Below, in pieces: positions 1 through 12,500 of a DNA stretch of 64,000 nt (positions within the stretch are counted from its first letter, which is position 1; each line of letters starts with the position of its first letter). The position numbers and the translations under genes are program-made. The notes under the pieces were generated by a model. The model ran no database searches. It worked only from the letters and a program-made list of their open reading frames with translations, and was not told the origin of the DNA. This DNA is from Vitrella brassicaformis CCMP3155. Lineage: Eukaryota > Protista > Chromerida. Location: contig CDMY01000791.1 of the NCBI GenBank assembly GCA_001179505.1, forward strand, positions 124,001 through 188,000, read 5' to 3'.

Positions 1-1510
1 ACGAGTCAACCTGCCGCAGCTCGGTGCCAGTCGACCTGGCGACACTCGTGTTCGCCCGAGCTCAGTACGATGACCCTCTCGAGGTATGCTGTGCTATGCA
101 CGGCAGTCGAAGCCACAGCGAAACAGTCCGCTCACCCGACACGACCCGGTTGTTTTGTCCTTCCTCTGTGTGTGTCGCGTAGATTCACCCCGGTGACCAG
201 TCCCTGACGCCACCGCCGGCGAGCCCTCAGTCTGTGCGCGAGTATGTGGCCCAGGCGTCTGACACCCCTCCCTCCAGCAAACACAACGCCCTCTCGCGTG
301 TGGCGGACTGCCTGCGTGGCGCCAGGAAGCGGACCATCTCTCGGGTCAAGTCCTGGATCCACCACCAGGAGGGTTCGGTTTTTCCGAGGAAGTCGAGTGC
401 GAATTTCGAGGACCATGAGGACCCTGCGGTGTGGCGGAATCTTGACCCCAACTTGCAGTACCGCCTCAGGGGCTTCCCATCGCCCTTCGAGCCCGAGGAG
501 GACCGCAGACTCAGGGACCTCTACGTCCAACAGGTGGGGGAGGGAGCGAGGCAAGCAGAGAAGCATGGATCGATGTCTGCTCTCTTCTGTGTGTGTCGGC
601 TGGTTGGTGTGGTGCAGGGCAAGAAGGCGATCCAGGAGCATTTGGCCCTCAAGGCGGACACTCGTGGCTGGAAGCACGCCGGAACCAAGGGCGGTGTCAA
701 GGTACGTATGGCTGCTGTAGGAAGCACTCCCGCATGGATTGTATGTGTATGTGTGTGTGTGTGCTATCTTTCAGTGTTACCGGAAGGAAGTGACTGACCA
801 TTCGCTGCCTGTGTTGGTCAAGGGTGAGGTGAACTTCGGCAAGGGGCCCGGCGTCACCCCAGAGGATGTCATCGACTTCTTCACCATGATCGACCCCCAG
901 CTCTACAACAGCGAGCTCGACATATGTAAGATCTTACCACAGACAGACAGACAACACAATCCTTTATCTTGTGCGCGTGCGTGTGTGTCCGTGTGTGTGC
1001 AGCGATCCATCTGCGCAACTGGCGTGTGACGTCGTGGCCCGGCGTGTACGTCTTCTACCAGAGCTACAAGGGCATGATGGGCGTCCCCGGCCGCGACTTC
1101 ACCATCTTCCTCTACCGCGAGAAGATCGCCGATGACTACTACGCCTTCGCCAGCCAGTCCATCGACTGGCCGAGGACCGAAGACATGCTTCACGGCCGAG
1201 TGACGGCACACCTCCTCGTAAGCAACACACACCTCATAATAAGCTTCAACGCATGCGCCGCGCATTTTCACGTTGGTCTGTCTGTTTGTCGCGTGTTTGG
1301 CTCTGTCTGTCGGTCAGTTGGGTGCGATGGATGCCCGGTATGACGAGGAGGGCAACGTGATCCTGACGGCCATGTATCAGGCTGACCTGAGGGGGTCCCT
1401 GCCTGAGTGGATCAAGCGAATGGTGGCCATCAACTCGATCTCGTGGCTGGGCCAGGCCAAGACGCTCTACGACAAGACCTGGGGCAAGGGCAAGTGGGCG
1501 AAGGCGTGAT
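1..1510 (+). CDS. START/SRPBCC lipid-binding domain protein, multi-exon, 5' end outside window
   Basis: Spliced exons read WKHAGTKGGVK|CYRKEVTDHSLPVLVKGEVNFG...|YVFYQSYKGMMGVPGRDF...|ILTAMYQADLRGSLPEWIKRMVAINSISWL...KA*. The W...K-GVK start, PRDF-like motif and DLRGSLPEW are typical START-domain motifs. Introns are GT-AG. Confidence 0.8.
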
Positions 1511-2075
1511 GGGCGGGGGTGATTTGATGCGCGCTGTTGGACATATATTATATGGTGTGTGGGCTGCCTGATTTGGTGCTGTGCTGTGCTGCTGCATGTT
1601 CTGCTCTCCATCCCTCCGTTTTTGCGAGGGGCGTGTGCGTGTCTGCGGTGTCTCGTGCTGTGAGTGATATGTTGATGTGCTGCGGTCTGTGTGATGCGAA
1701 AGCCGTTGGGTGATGTGTCTGTCGGTGTGGGCGAGCGGTGGTGCATATATTGTGTGGGAATGGCACCTTCTGCTGTAGGCCATTCATTTGTCAGACCACT
1801 GACCTCCGTGTCTTGGCAGCTTCCTTTGCCTGCCATTTGCTCTCTCTTTGCTTCCATTGTCTTACTCGGTTTGTGGTTTGTGTGAGTCAAGTGCGTGTCT
1901 CTCTGTGTGTGACAATGTGTGTTGGCGGGATGCATAGCCTGATCCATCCGATACGTGGCATGCGATGGTGTGTGCATACTCCGCGTCTTTGCATTCTTGT
2001 GTTCTGCCTGTCTGTCTGACTGCAGTGAGTGCACTTGTGCATGTTCCTTGTACATAGCTGCCTGTTGGTTCCACA

Positions 2076-2103
2076 TGTTGTTGTTGTTGTTGTTGTTGTT
2101 GTT
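2076..2103. repeat. (TGT)n microsatellite, about 9 copies, between convergent genes
   Basis: Directly visible tgttgttgt... run. Confidence 0.95.
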
Positions 2104-2373
2104 GATGTGACCGAGAAGACAGACACACCAGCAAGCACATCACGTCAAATCCTTCCAAAGTGGCCCTGCAACCGCACTGCACACACAGCCCAAGAGAGCA
2201 GCAACCAATAGGCCAGTAAGCCGACGAACCATTCACTGCAGCAGGCTGGCCATTCAAGCCTCAATCAAGGGCGGGTAGAGCAACCAAATGTATCTAACCA
2301 ACAAGAACGACTCAAATCTTGTCTGCCTTAGCCAACAACCAAAGCCAGTAGCCTGCCCATCTGTCTGTCTGCA

Positions 2374-5300
2374 TCATGACGCCCAGTGGTCCAACGAAGC
2401 CCAGGCACTGTCCGGCGCCTCCTGGGGCATCCACGCTGCCACGATGGCGGCCAGGTTGCCGAGTACGTTGGGGCTGATGTTCTCCCAGTGCATGCCCTCG
2501 CCGATGTCCAGCCTCATGCCTCCCATGTCGATACTCAGCGGCTCCTCGCCCTCACCCTCCGCCAGCCGCCGCGTTGGCCGACTTGGCGCGGCAACCGACT
2601 CGCCAGGCATGAAGCCTCCGCCGCTGAGGGGGGCGTCGTAGGTCATGTTGGTGGCCGCCTGCAGGGCGCGGCGGTATTGCTTGCTCACGCAAGCGTAGCG
2701 CGGGAGGAACATCGCCAGGAGGGACAGCCCCTGCGACGCGCCGAACTGCGAAATAGTGGAGAGACATGTACTTGCCATTTGCGAATCAGTTCATTCATTC
2801 GAGACAGCACAGTGACAGTGCGCTGCGTAGCGTACCGGTTCCTCGCTCATCCACTTGGCCCAGAAGTCCTTGCCCGCATTCTTTCCGCGCATGTCCTTCG
2901 AGTCGACATTGGCCGTCTGGATGCACACCGTCCCGGGGGGGCAGTTGAGCGGACCGCAGCTGCGCTTCACAGACTGCCGCGCCAGATCCTTCCAGCACGG
3001 CACACTGTAGTCGCTGAAAACCGCGTCCAGCCTGTCGCATTTATCCTTGAAGTAGCCGGGGGTGGACAGAGCGCGGCCCGGCGGGGCCTTGGATTCGCTC
3101 AGGATGGACAGCACTTGCCAGGCGTCATTCTCCCACGTGTATGGAGGCCACTCGGGGAGGGATTTGTCGACATCGGGGATTCCCGTCTCGACGAAGGACT
3201 CGAGGTAGCGATGGTACGTGTAGACGGCCTCCTGCTCCTCGGGGGTGAAGCGGAATTCTGCAGGCACGTGCGTGCGAGAGGTATGTGTGGTCGATGTCTC
3301 TGACAGTCAGCCTGGTCGTCTTTGTTGGTTGGTGCTGATTTCTGACCTTTGCCGAGGTAGAGGCCAGCGTTCTGCAGCATCCAGGGCTTTTCCTCAAGAT
3401 GGCAACGAATGTCGTAGCGGGAACAGAACCGATTGATGATCTGAAATCAAGGGAGCACCTTCATTCATTCAATGAGACACTTGTCACATACACCTGTGTG
3501 TGTGGCACCATGCACAGCGTACGTATCCGTAGCTTGCAATGTCATTGCCTTCTGCCAGCTTCTCGTCCTTTGCGTATGACCATCTGGGCAGCCAATACAA
3601 TGCAGATATACATTGGAAAATTGGCGTACTGGATGATCGCTTAGCCTAGCTTACCCCTCTTCGAAAGTCCCGAGGTGACACCTGCCCCCTTTCTCGTTTA
3701 CCGCGGCACACAAGTACCGACCCGCGCACAGAAAGCGATGGTCGCCAAAGAGACTGACGAACGAACTTGCTGAGACAATATGCACATGCCACAAATTCAG
3801 ATAGATGTTCTTGAAGGTTGAAGGCAGGTGCGTACTTACCTGTGTCAGGCTGGTTTGGCATCAGGCCCCAGACTGCGGGCTCTCCAACACCGCTGGGGGG
3901 ATAGCCTTGCAGCACGTCGTACTGAGACACAACAGCAGGTGGACAAACAGGCTCGTAGAAGATAGTGAGACTGGAGAGGAGACATGATGTCGTATCAGTA
4001 TACTGACTGCATCTTCTCCAAAGAGATAGGTGACGGCAATGGACCATGTCAGACGGTTCAACACGAAGTTGGTGAGCCAGAATCGCAGTTGGTCTGGCAG
4101 CCACCGCGTCGCGGCGTAGAGGAGGGCTCTCATCAGCGGCGGGCCCTCATGTGCCGAAACCGTGTACATCAGAGGCACGTCTGTGTTGAACCATCCCTGC
4201 AAACATTAACACAGATGTGCGTTGAAGAAGAGCCACAAACACGTGTGGATTGGATTACCTTCTTGATTTTCTCAAAGCAGTCCTCTGTAATGAACTTTCC
4301 GTCGATGACAGGACTCCACGGCGTGGCGCCGAGGAACAAGTCTTCGAGCGCTGGATAGACACTCCCCAGTAGGCTGGCCACCTTCATCTTCTCGAGGGGA
4401 ACTCCCTTGAGGCAGGCCTTGTACGCTTCGGCGTCCTGGATGAAGTTACCGCACTCCTTGAACACAGCACCGAGAGCGAACCTTGTTTGGGATTTGCTGC
4501 GCTGAAGGACACAACAAACACAATGAAGGACATACAAGGGATAATCCTACAGACATGTTGCTCTCACGCACGTCGAGCCTTCTCGCGAATGAACAGCAGG
4601 GAGTCGACACAGCGATGGCCTTGTGGAAAAGGACCCCGGCGTTATCCGATGCCAGGTGACAGATAGTGCTTGTCGCCCCCGCGCTGAAACCCAAGAGCGT
4701 CACGCTGTCAGTCAGACCGCCAAAGTACTGCATGGTGGAAAGGATATACCATCAGAGTACACGTGCGCTTCTCTCTCAGCTGTGTCTCACATTGATGTAA
4801 TTGTGGATCCACTCGAGGGCCAAGGTCTGGTCTTGCAAGTGCAGGTTGCCAGGAGCCCAGTCCGCTGCAATGGCGCCGAAGAGCGCCAGTCGATAATTGA
4901 ACCCGACAACGATCTTGCCTGCACCAAAAAACTCAGGCTCCGATATGCATGGCGATGTGTCTCTTTGTGTTTTCAACGTGAGATACCCAGCGCGTTCGCA
5001 AATGCGGCGCCATCGTTGAATTTGGACCCCGACGTGCCTGCCAGGAACGACCCCCCGTGGATCATCGCTATCACATCGACGGTTGTCTTCTTCTCCCGCA
5101 CCACACTCGGCACCCACACGTGCAGATACAAGCTGCAACAAAACACACACACACATGACGTGAAAGGGCCCATGCATGGGGCTTTACGTGGCTCTCTCTG
5201 TGCACTGTGCGTGCCGTGCGCCTACCAGTCTTCCTCAACACGTGCCGGCCGGGACTCGCAGAAATATGGAGTGCCGACGTATTCGTCGCACATGCTGGGG

Positions 5301-5703
5301 CAGGCGGGGCCGTGCTCCTGAGCATCGATCTTGCCGGACGGATGGAGGAGATACGGCTCCTCGAACCGATGGGCGACTGACATTCCCCACAGAGATGGAG
5401 ATGGACATGCACGCGCTATGCACGCGCACAGCCGCAGCGATCAATCGTACCTACCTACCTCCATATTTGATGCCCAGGAAGGCGTCGGTGTCCGTGTCAG
5501 GCTGGTAGATGCCGTGAATGGTCGCATCTGAAGCATGGCAGGCACCACATACATGAATACTTAGCCGTCGGGACCGAGCAGACAGACAGATGAGTGCTGG
5601 CATACCTACCTTTGAAGGCAATGACAGGATCCCCCCACTTGGATTGGGCCCGCACGCGAAAAAGAAACAGAAGGGCAACAGCTGCGCCTCCAATGTGCTT
5701 CAT
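2374..5703 (-). CDS. Secreted type-B carboxylesterase/cholinesterase-like (COesterase) with C-terminal extension
   Basis: Signal peptide MKHIGGAAVALLFLFRVRA. Family motifs: EDC|LYLHVW, IHGGSF oxyanion loop, NYRL...GNLHLQDQTLALEWI, nucleophile GFSAG, SAHEG (acid), LFGDHRFLC, RCHLEEKPW (His) and YLESFVETGIP...LPEWPPY. The ORFs at 2374-3400 splice in frame onto the esterase. Confidence 0.9.
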
Positions 5704-5878
5704 TGTCAAAGGGCCCGGATTTCACTCCCCCCATGAGAAAGCTCGCATAACGTTTCACGACGTTCACGTCCCGCGCTATTCGGTGTTAACGCATCTTCTT
5801 CCCCCATCGGCAACCTGAGGCTCCCCCGTGTCATCCATCGCCACACTCCCATCACCTGCTCCTGCTGCTGACGAGGCG
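5704..5878. promoter_or_regulatory. Putative bidirectional promoter between carboxylesterase and lysophospholipase
   Basis: 175 nt separate the two divergent ATGs. Inferred from geometry only. Confidence 0.45.
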
Positions 5879-8157
5879 ATGTTGTGCGGCTTCCTGAAGC
5901 GGGAAATGTGGCTGCATTTCCCGTTTCAGGACCTGGTCTTCTGGTATCGCTACCTGGTGATGTGCGTCACCCGGCCGGAGTATCGGAAGGCGAGATGGCA
6001 CGGCATCTTCAATGGCTGGTGGCTGATGATGCTCATCCGGCACATAGGCGAATTACTGGGACTCATATCGCCCCCCAAAGCTGCTGTCCTGCGGGACCAA
6101 CTGGAGAGATGCGACGACAAAGTCCAAGGTACGTGAGATTCGTGGATGGGTCAGGCAGGCATGCCAGGGTATATGGCTTCTGTGTGGGTGGATGAGTGTG
6201 TGTGCAGAGCTGGGCCGCCCCAAGCTTCACACAACCATCAATGCGAAGGTACAATTCTGACCAGAGAGTGAGTGGAGGGCGTGAGGTGCGTGCATCCACG
6301 CAGCCTTGGGTGTGTGTGTGGTGTGGTCGGGCGTGCAGGGGCTGCACCTTCAGCGCTTCAGCTACGAAGTAGAGAAGCCTCGCGGGGCTATCATAGGTAC
6401 GCGCCCAACGCTTTGACGAGAGAAATGGCCTACAACCAGACAGACAGACAGACGGACAGACCGGCGATCAGTGTATCGTTCCCCTTTGTGTGTGTGATCT
6501 ATTGGCTACTAGCGATGCACGGTTACGCGTCACACTTCCGCTTCTGCTTCCTCACACTCCCCGGGCAAAAATACTACGGCAGCTGGATACAGAAGTAGCC
6601 CACGCACCCCCACCCGCACTGCTGTCTTCATGACACGGGATGTGATGCCATCCATCCATCCATCCATGGCGCCTGTGTGTCGTGTGTGGTCGTCAGGCTG
6701 AATTTGGAGGGCTTCAGCGTGTATGCGTACGACCACCAGGGACACGGCCTATCGGACGCCTGGCAGGACGTTCGGTGTGTACGGACACACAGACAGACAG
6801 ACAGACAGAAAACTAATGCCGACACACACACACGCACACATACATTGGACGGATTTGGGCTGTGCTGTGCTGTGCTTGCCTCTGTGTGTGTGTGTAGGTG
6901 CAACTGTGAGTCATTTGACGACCTAGTCAATGACGCGGCGGTGGTCCTCAATGACGTCAGAACAACCGTCGGGTGGGTGACACTGTGCCACACAGACACT
7001 ACGACACACAGATATGCTCCGCGCCCATCCCTACAGCCACCCATCCACGAGTCCCTCCCTTTCTCCCTGTCTGCTCGCCCCCTTTTGTTGTCAGTGGTTC
7101 GGTGCCGGTGTTCATGATGGGGCTGTCGATGGGAGGGAATGTCGCCGCCCAGGCGGCTGCTGGCGCGGCCGGCCGCATGCTGGACGGCATCGTACTGGTA
7201 AGATCGATCGGCATCATAGACACAGACACGCACGTACTGGCAGGCTCGTTTGGTTCCGTATGTGTGCCGTTTCCACCTTATATGTGCAGTTATCACCGAT
7301 GCTCGACATGACGATCATGAAGGCGGCCAACCGGCCCTTTTTGCCCCTGCTGCCCATGGCCAGCCGCATCGCCCCCCACCTGGCCGTGGGAAGCAGACCG
7401 GTCAGTGAGTGCATCTTTGCACACACAGACAGACAGACAGACAGACACCTCGCGGACGACGGGCGCGCCGCTATGTATGTATGATCAGGTGCACATAGAA
7501 GAGGTGATGTTAGAAATGGTTCTGGACCCGCTATTCTACACAGGACTGTAAGGCGGGCGGCTACAAAGATGGATTGCACCACACCACACCACACCACAGG
7601 CAGGCAGTCAGATGCAGATGTGTGTATCTCTTGTCTGTCTACACACATGTGGACACACGTGCAGGAGCCGTGCCCGCTTTGGGTTGGAGCTCATGCTGGC
7701 TGTCGAGAGCGTGATGAGCAAGGCGTCGTCGATCCGGTGTCCGGTGCTGCTGGTGCACTCCCACAAAGACGGCATCGTCGCCCCAGACGGATCCAAGACC
7801 TTCCTCCAGAAGGTCTCATCTGAGGTGGGCGGGCGAATGGGCATGCCAATATGTAGATGGGTCTGTCTGATCTGTGTGATGTGATGTGATGTGTCTGGCC
7901 TGCCTGCCTCTCGTGTGTGTCATCAGAAAGCCGATTTCGTGGTTGCGGACGAGATGTATCACCATCTGCCGAACGAAAAGGGCAACGAGAAGGTAGGTGG
8001 GCAGCCGCCGCACACACACCAGGGTGTGGTGTGCATCCGGTCGGTCAGGGGGCCGTGTATGTGTATATGTATGTGTATGTGTATGCGTTTGTGTCAGACC
8101 TACGAGCATGTGCTCCAGTTCCTGCTGGCCCACGCCCCGCCAAGAGACGCCACATAG
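5879..8157 (+). CDS. Alpha/beta hydrolase, lysophospholipase/monoacylglycerol lipase (Hydrolase_4; resembles apicomplexan PST-A family)
   Basis: Spliced: GRPKLHTTINAK|GLHLQRFSY...IIA|MHGYASH...GSWIQK|LNLEGFSVYAYDHQGHGLSDAWQDVR|CNCESFDDLVND, then nucleophile GLSMGG, PVLLVHSHKDGIV (Asp) and YHHLPNE (His). Stop at 8157. Confidence 0.9.
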
Positions 8158-8358
8158 AAAGACAGACAGATGGATAGATAGATCGACCCACACATGCACA
8201 TATTCTCTAGTTGTATAGACTCTGTCTCGCCCCCGCCCGCCCGCCCGCCCGCCTGTCTGCCCGCCTGACACGATTGACCCGTCATGTACATATCAACTGA
8301 CTGAGTGTTAATGCTTATGCGGCATTTTTCCGTTGTGCTTGACCTTTCGGTGAGATCG

Positions 8359-8390
<32 letters not shown>

Positions 8391-9555
8391 TGTGTAGTGC
8401 ACGTGTGTATACCTATGTGTGTGTGGCAGCGTCGGAACCGCGGCTTGCTCGTGGCTTGCTTGCGAATTGAGTGCTTGTTCGACGATCACCGCACCAGGCA
8501 TCGACGTTAGGGCGTACAGGGAAGGGGAAGGAAGGGGAGGACAGGGATGGGGATGGGTGTGACCAGCGGTGTGTGTTCTGCGTCCACTGATGTTCGCTTC
8601 CATGAGGTCTCTCATTGACATTACAGACAGACAGACCCGCGACACGCGTATGCAGTTTAATCGGATCTCATGCATGCATCTCTGTCTGTCTGTCTGTCTG
8701 TGAGGGCTACTTTCGTTGTGTGACAGGTTCCAGCGAGCCAAGTATAAGGTAGGCAGCCAGCAATTGTCTGCACACATGCATATGATGGATGGAGAGAAAC
8801 AATCAGCACCCAATCAAAGTGAAAGGAGAATTGGATCAATTGGCGTGTGTGCAGGCAGGCAGCTTTGTGCTGCTTGCTCTTTGTCTGACATCTGCCTGGC
8901 GGAGACAGACAGACAGACCATGTGGGTGGGTGGTGGGATGGATTCATTCATTCATTTGGACCTGTGACTCCGCTTGCTTCAGTTTCGATCCAATCCAATT
9001 CGTGTGCGTGCGAAGAGTCAGCCAGCCACCAGTCTGTCTACATGCATTCAGCCACACAGGCAGGCACACAGGCAGGCAGGCAGGCCACTCATTCACTCAC
9101 GCACACATGAACTCTAAAAGGATGCGGCCGCCACCTGCACAGAGAGCCAAGGCAGACGCATCAATCGATCAGTCAGGCACTAAGCAACTAAGTAGGTATA
9201 CGTACGCACCACGACCGCCTCTCACTTCACTCTGCGACACCTCCCTCCCTCCCTCCACCTGCTTCACACAGCCAGCCATCCGTCCGTCCATCCATCCATT
9301 CGTCCGGGCATCCATTCATGTAAAACTTAGAACATACAAATAACAACAGAGTGTACACTCATGCCCACCCATCCCAGTCCCCCCCATCCCCGCAGACAGA
9401 CAGACAGACAGACGCAGCCGTGCCACTAACCCATCCCCTGCAGACGCCCACACACACACACAGAGGAAACAGATGGGTGGCTGATCGCAATCCCAACTGT
9501 CTTGGTCTCCTGCGGTACCTGTCCAGTCTCGGTTGCTGTGTCACTATGATTATTC

Positions 9556-12500
9556 TCAACCCTGGTGCGGCCCGCCGTTGTGCAGACCATCAGCTCCTCC
9601 GTCGCCCTCCTCCCGCGGCCCCTCGGGCGCTGCTCGCGGGTCCACATCCACATCCATGGGCAGATCCCGCGCTGAAGCTGCCGGCTGTGGCTGTGGTGGA
9701 GGGGGAGGGCGACGGCGAGGAGGGGGCTTGAGAGACACTGTCATGGTGTTCTTCTGCTGCTTGCGCGGGGGCTTCGGCTTGGGCTTGGGCACCACCACAC
9801 GGTCGTCCCGCAGGTCTATCACCTCGGCCCTCGGTGCTAGTCCAGCTCCACCGGCCGTCTGCACACCGCCGCTCTCGCCTGCCGCTGGTGTTGAAGAGAA
9901 CAGGGGGACCGGTGGCAGCACCGGAGCAGAGACGCCGTTGACTGCTACAGGCTGTGAGGTAGGTGGTGACTGGGGGTGCTGAGAGAGTGGGGTCGTGCCG
10001 TCCATCACGTGGCTGCCGTTCAGCAACGGCTGAGACGACACGTGGCCACCACCCGGCGCCCTTGGCGGCACAGCACGTGCTGGCTCGGCCAGCACCTCCT
10101 CCTTGCCGTTCGCATCCACCTCTGCCGCAGCGCCACCATCGCCCTTTGGCGCCTCCTCTCCTGCATGTGTGAATGTGGGGGCTGGCGCTGCGGGTGCCTG
10201 CTTGGGCTTCATCGGTCGGGTTGGTGGCGGCTCGTAAGGAGCCAGAGTCATCTCAGGCAGACCGGGACGCACCACGGGCAGCATCAGAGGCTGCCGATGG
10301 GGTGCAGCGGGGGCCAGTGGCACAGAGGGGTGGATCGAGGGAAACGGCGGCGGGCGGGGGATCATGGGAGGGGGGAAGCCTGACGGCGGGAGTGCTGCGC
10401 CAGATGGCGACTTGGGCGGCGCCAAGGGCCTGTCGGCCGGGGGTGCTGATATCGCTATGAGGCTGGAGCTGGGGGCGGTCTGCCTACGGGCCTCCACAAA
10501 CAGCGACACGTTCCTCTCCATCTCCGGATTGGGCTGTGCCGGCCGCCCAGTCGCATCGCCACCATTGGGTGGCCTGGAGTGCCCCATCGCCCATGGGTAT
10601 GGCCGTGACGGCTGCTGCTGGTTCTTAGCAGGGTACGGGATTTGTTGAGGGCAGAGGCTGGGGCCGAAGTCCGGCAGCAGGAAGGGATGCAGACGCTGCT
10701 GAACATCGGCATTGGCCTCCGGCGGCGGGGGTGCATCTGGTGCTGTTGGCGGACTGGCCGGCGGCAGCTCCTGCGGTGGAGCGGGCTTGCGAGAGGGGCG
10801 GCTCTTGTTGCCTGTGACACACCACACATGCAGAGAGGTTGACTGAATGACGTGTTGACGAATGCGCTGTGCGGATGGGTATGGTATGGATAGCGGTGTG
10901 TGTCCTCTCACTTGCTGCGGGCAGCTGGTCGAGCTGCTCGTCAATGACGTCCGGTTGGTCGAGCATCTCCAGCACGCTTGACCGCTTCTTCTCCCGCGAC
11001 CGCAGCTGCATCCCCTCACCCCCACCGCCCTCGCCCTCCTGCTCCTTTGCCTCCTTATCGTCACACGTGAAGGGATCTGACACAGCACAACACACAGACA
11101 GAGATGGTGCGGTGCAGCCATCGATACAATACACTTCCCTTCAGTGACACCGCTTTCTCACCTTTGCGGGGTCGCTTCGGTCGAGAGGATCGCCGGCGAC
11201 TTTTGTCGTCTGCTTCGTCGTCCAGGAATCGAGCTGGCAAGCGGCGTGCGTCGTCCTTATGCCGCTCTGTGCGGCGCCTGCGGGGCTTCGGTGGCGACTT
11301 GCGGGGGGCCGGCTTGTTCTTGCGCGGGCCACGCTGGTCTATCTGCATCGGCACAGGCTCCTCAAGAGCCCTCGCTGCTGCAGACACACAAGATGACACG
11401 ATACCACATCCATCAACAAACAGATGACATGACCGTCATGGTTGATTGAGGTGGGGTAACCGTTGCGCGCTCTCTCCCACCTTTCCACCCGCGTACCCAC
11501 CTTGTGCGATGAGCGCCTCCTGCCTTGCCTTCCAGGCCTCGTGCAGTGCGTCGAGCATGGCGCCCACCCTCACCCCCGCCACCTCGATCCGATTGCCGTC
11601 CAGGGTGCGGCCGATGCCGACCGTCTCCATGGGCCTGAAGGGCTGCAGGGCCTGCTTGAACACGACGAAGCCACCCTCGCGCCACCTGATGCCGAGCTTG
11701 GGGCCGCGCAGGTCGGCGTTGATGCGGTCGGTGATGTCCCTGGCCTTCTCGCCGACGGTGGTGCGTGTGCGGGGCGGAAGGGGCGACACAAAGGGAAACC
11801 ACTGAGACAACTCTGAAGGAGAGAGACGACGGAACGTTCAGCGATGTCAAGTGTTGTTTGTCGAGAGTGTGGGCGTGTCCAGATAAGGTGACGTACCTTC
11901 TTGTGACAGTTGGCTTCGGTACTCGGCCACTGGGCCCTCCTCTTGCTGCTGCTCCTCTTGCTGCTTGGTCTCCTCTACGGCGTCATCCTTCTTGTCACCG
12001 TCAACTTGATGTCCATCCTTCTTGTCACTATCAGCTTGCCCCTGCCCCTCCGGCCCCTCCTTATCGCCACTGCCGTCCGCCGTCTGGTCAGCGGCACCCT
12101 CGCCCTTGTCCGCATCCTCACCCCCACCACCCCCACCCTCCTGGGCGGCACCACTGGCATCCACCATCTGCTGGTCGGACTCGCCCGCCTCCTTGTCGGC
12201 CTGATTCCCATCGACCGCCTCGCCGGCCTGGTCTTGGCTCTCCGCGCTGACCTGCTGCTGCTGCTCGGCCTCGCCCATATTGGCCTGCCCGTCTGCCGCC
12301 CCTTCGACCTCGACCTGCCTGTCTGGCATCGGTGTGTCTTGGATGGGCAGCTCGACGTCGCCACCGTCCCACTGGTTGGCCTTGCCCGGTGGCAGGACGG
12401 GCAGCCCCTCCGCGGGCATCCTGACGGGCCTCTTGGTGACCTTGCGGACGGGCGAGAGGACCTCGTGCTCGTCGGCGAGTGATTCGACCAGCTGTGCGAG

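Noticed and set aside
2374-3400. Separate hypothetical gene(s) from ORFs 2374-2778 and 2791-3267
   Set aside because: They splice in phase to the carboxylesterase and contain its catalytic His and WPPY motifs.
8160-9550. ORFs of 100-237 aa in the convergent intergenic region
   Set aside because: Their translations are microsatellite-derived (THTH, DRQT, CVCV) and not protein-like.
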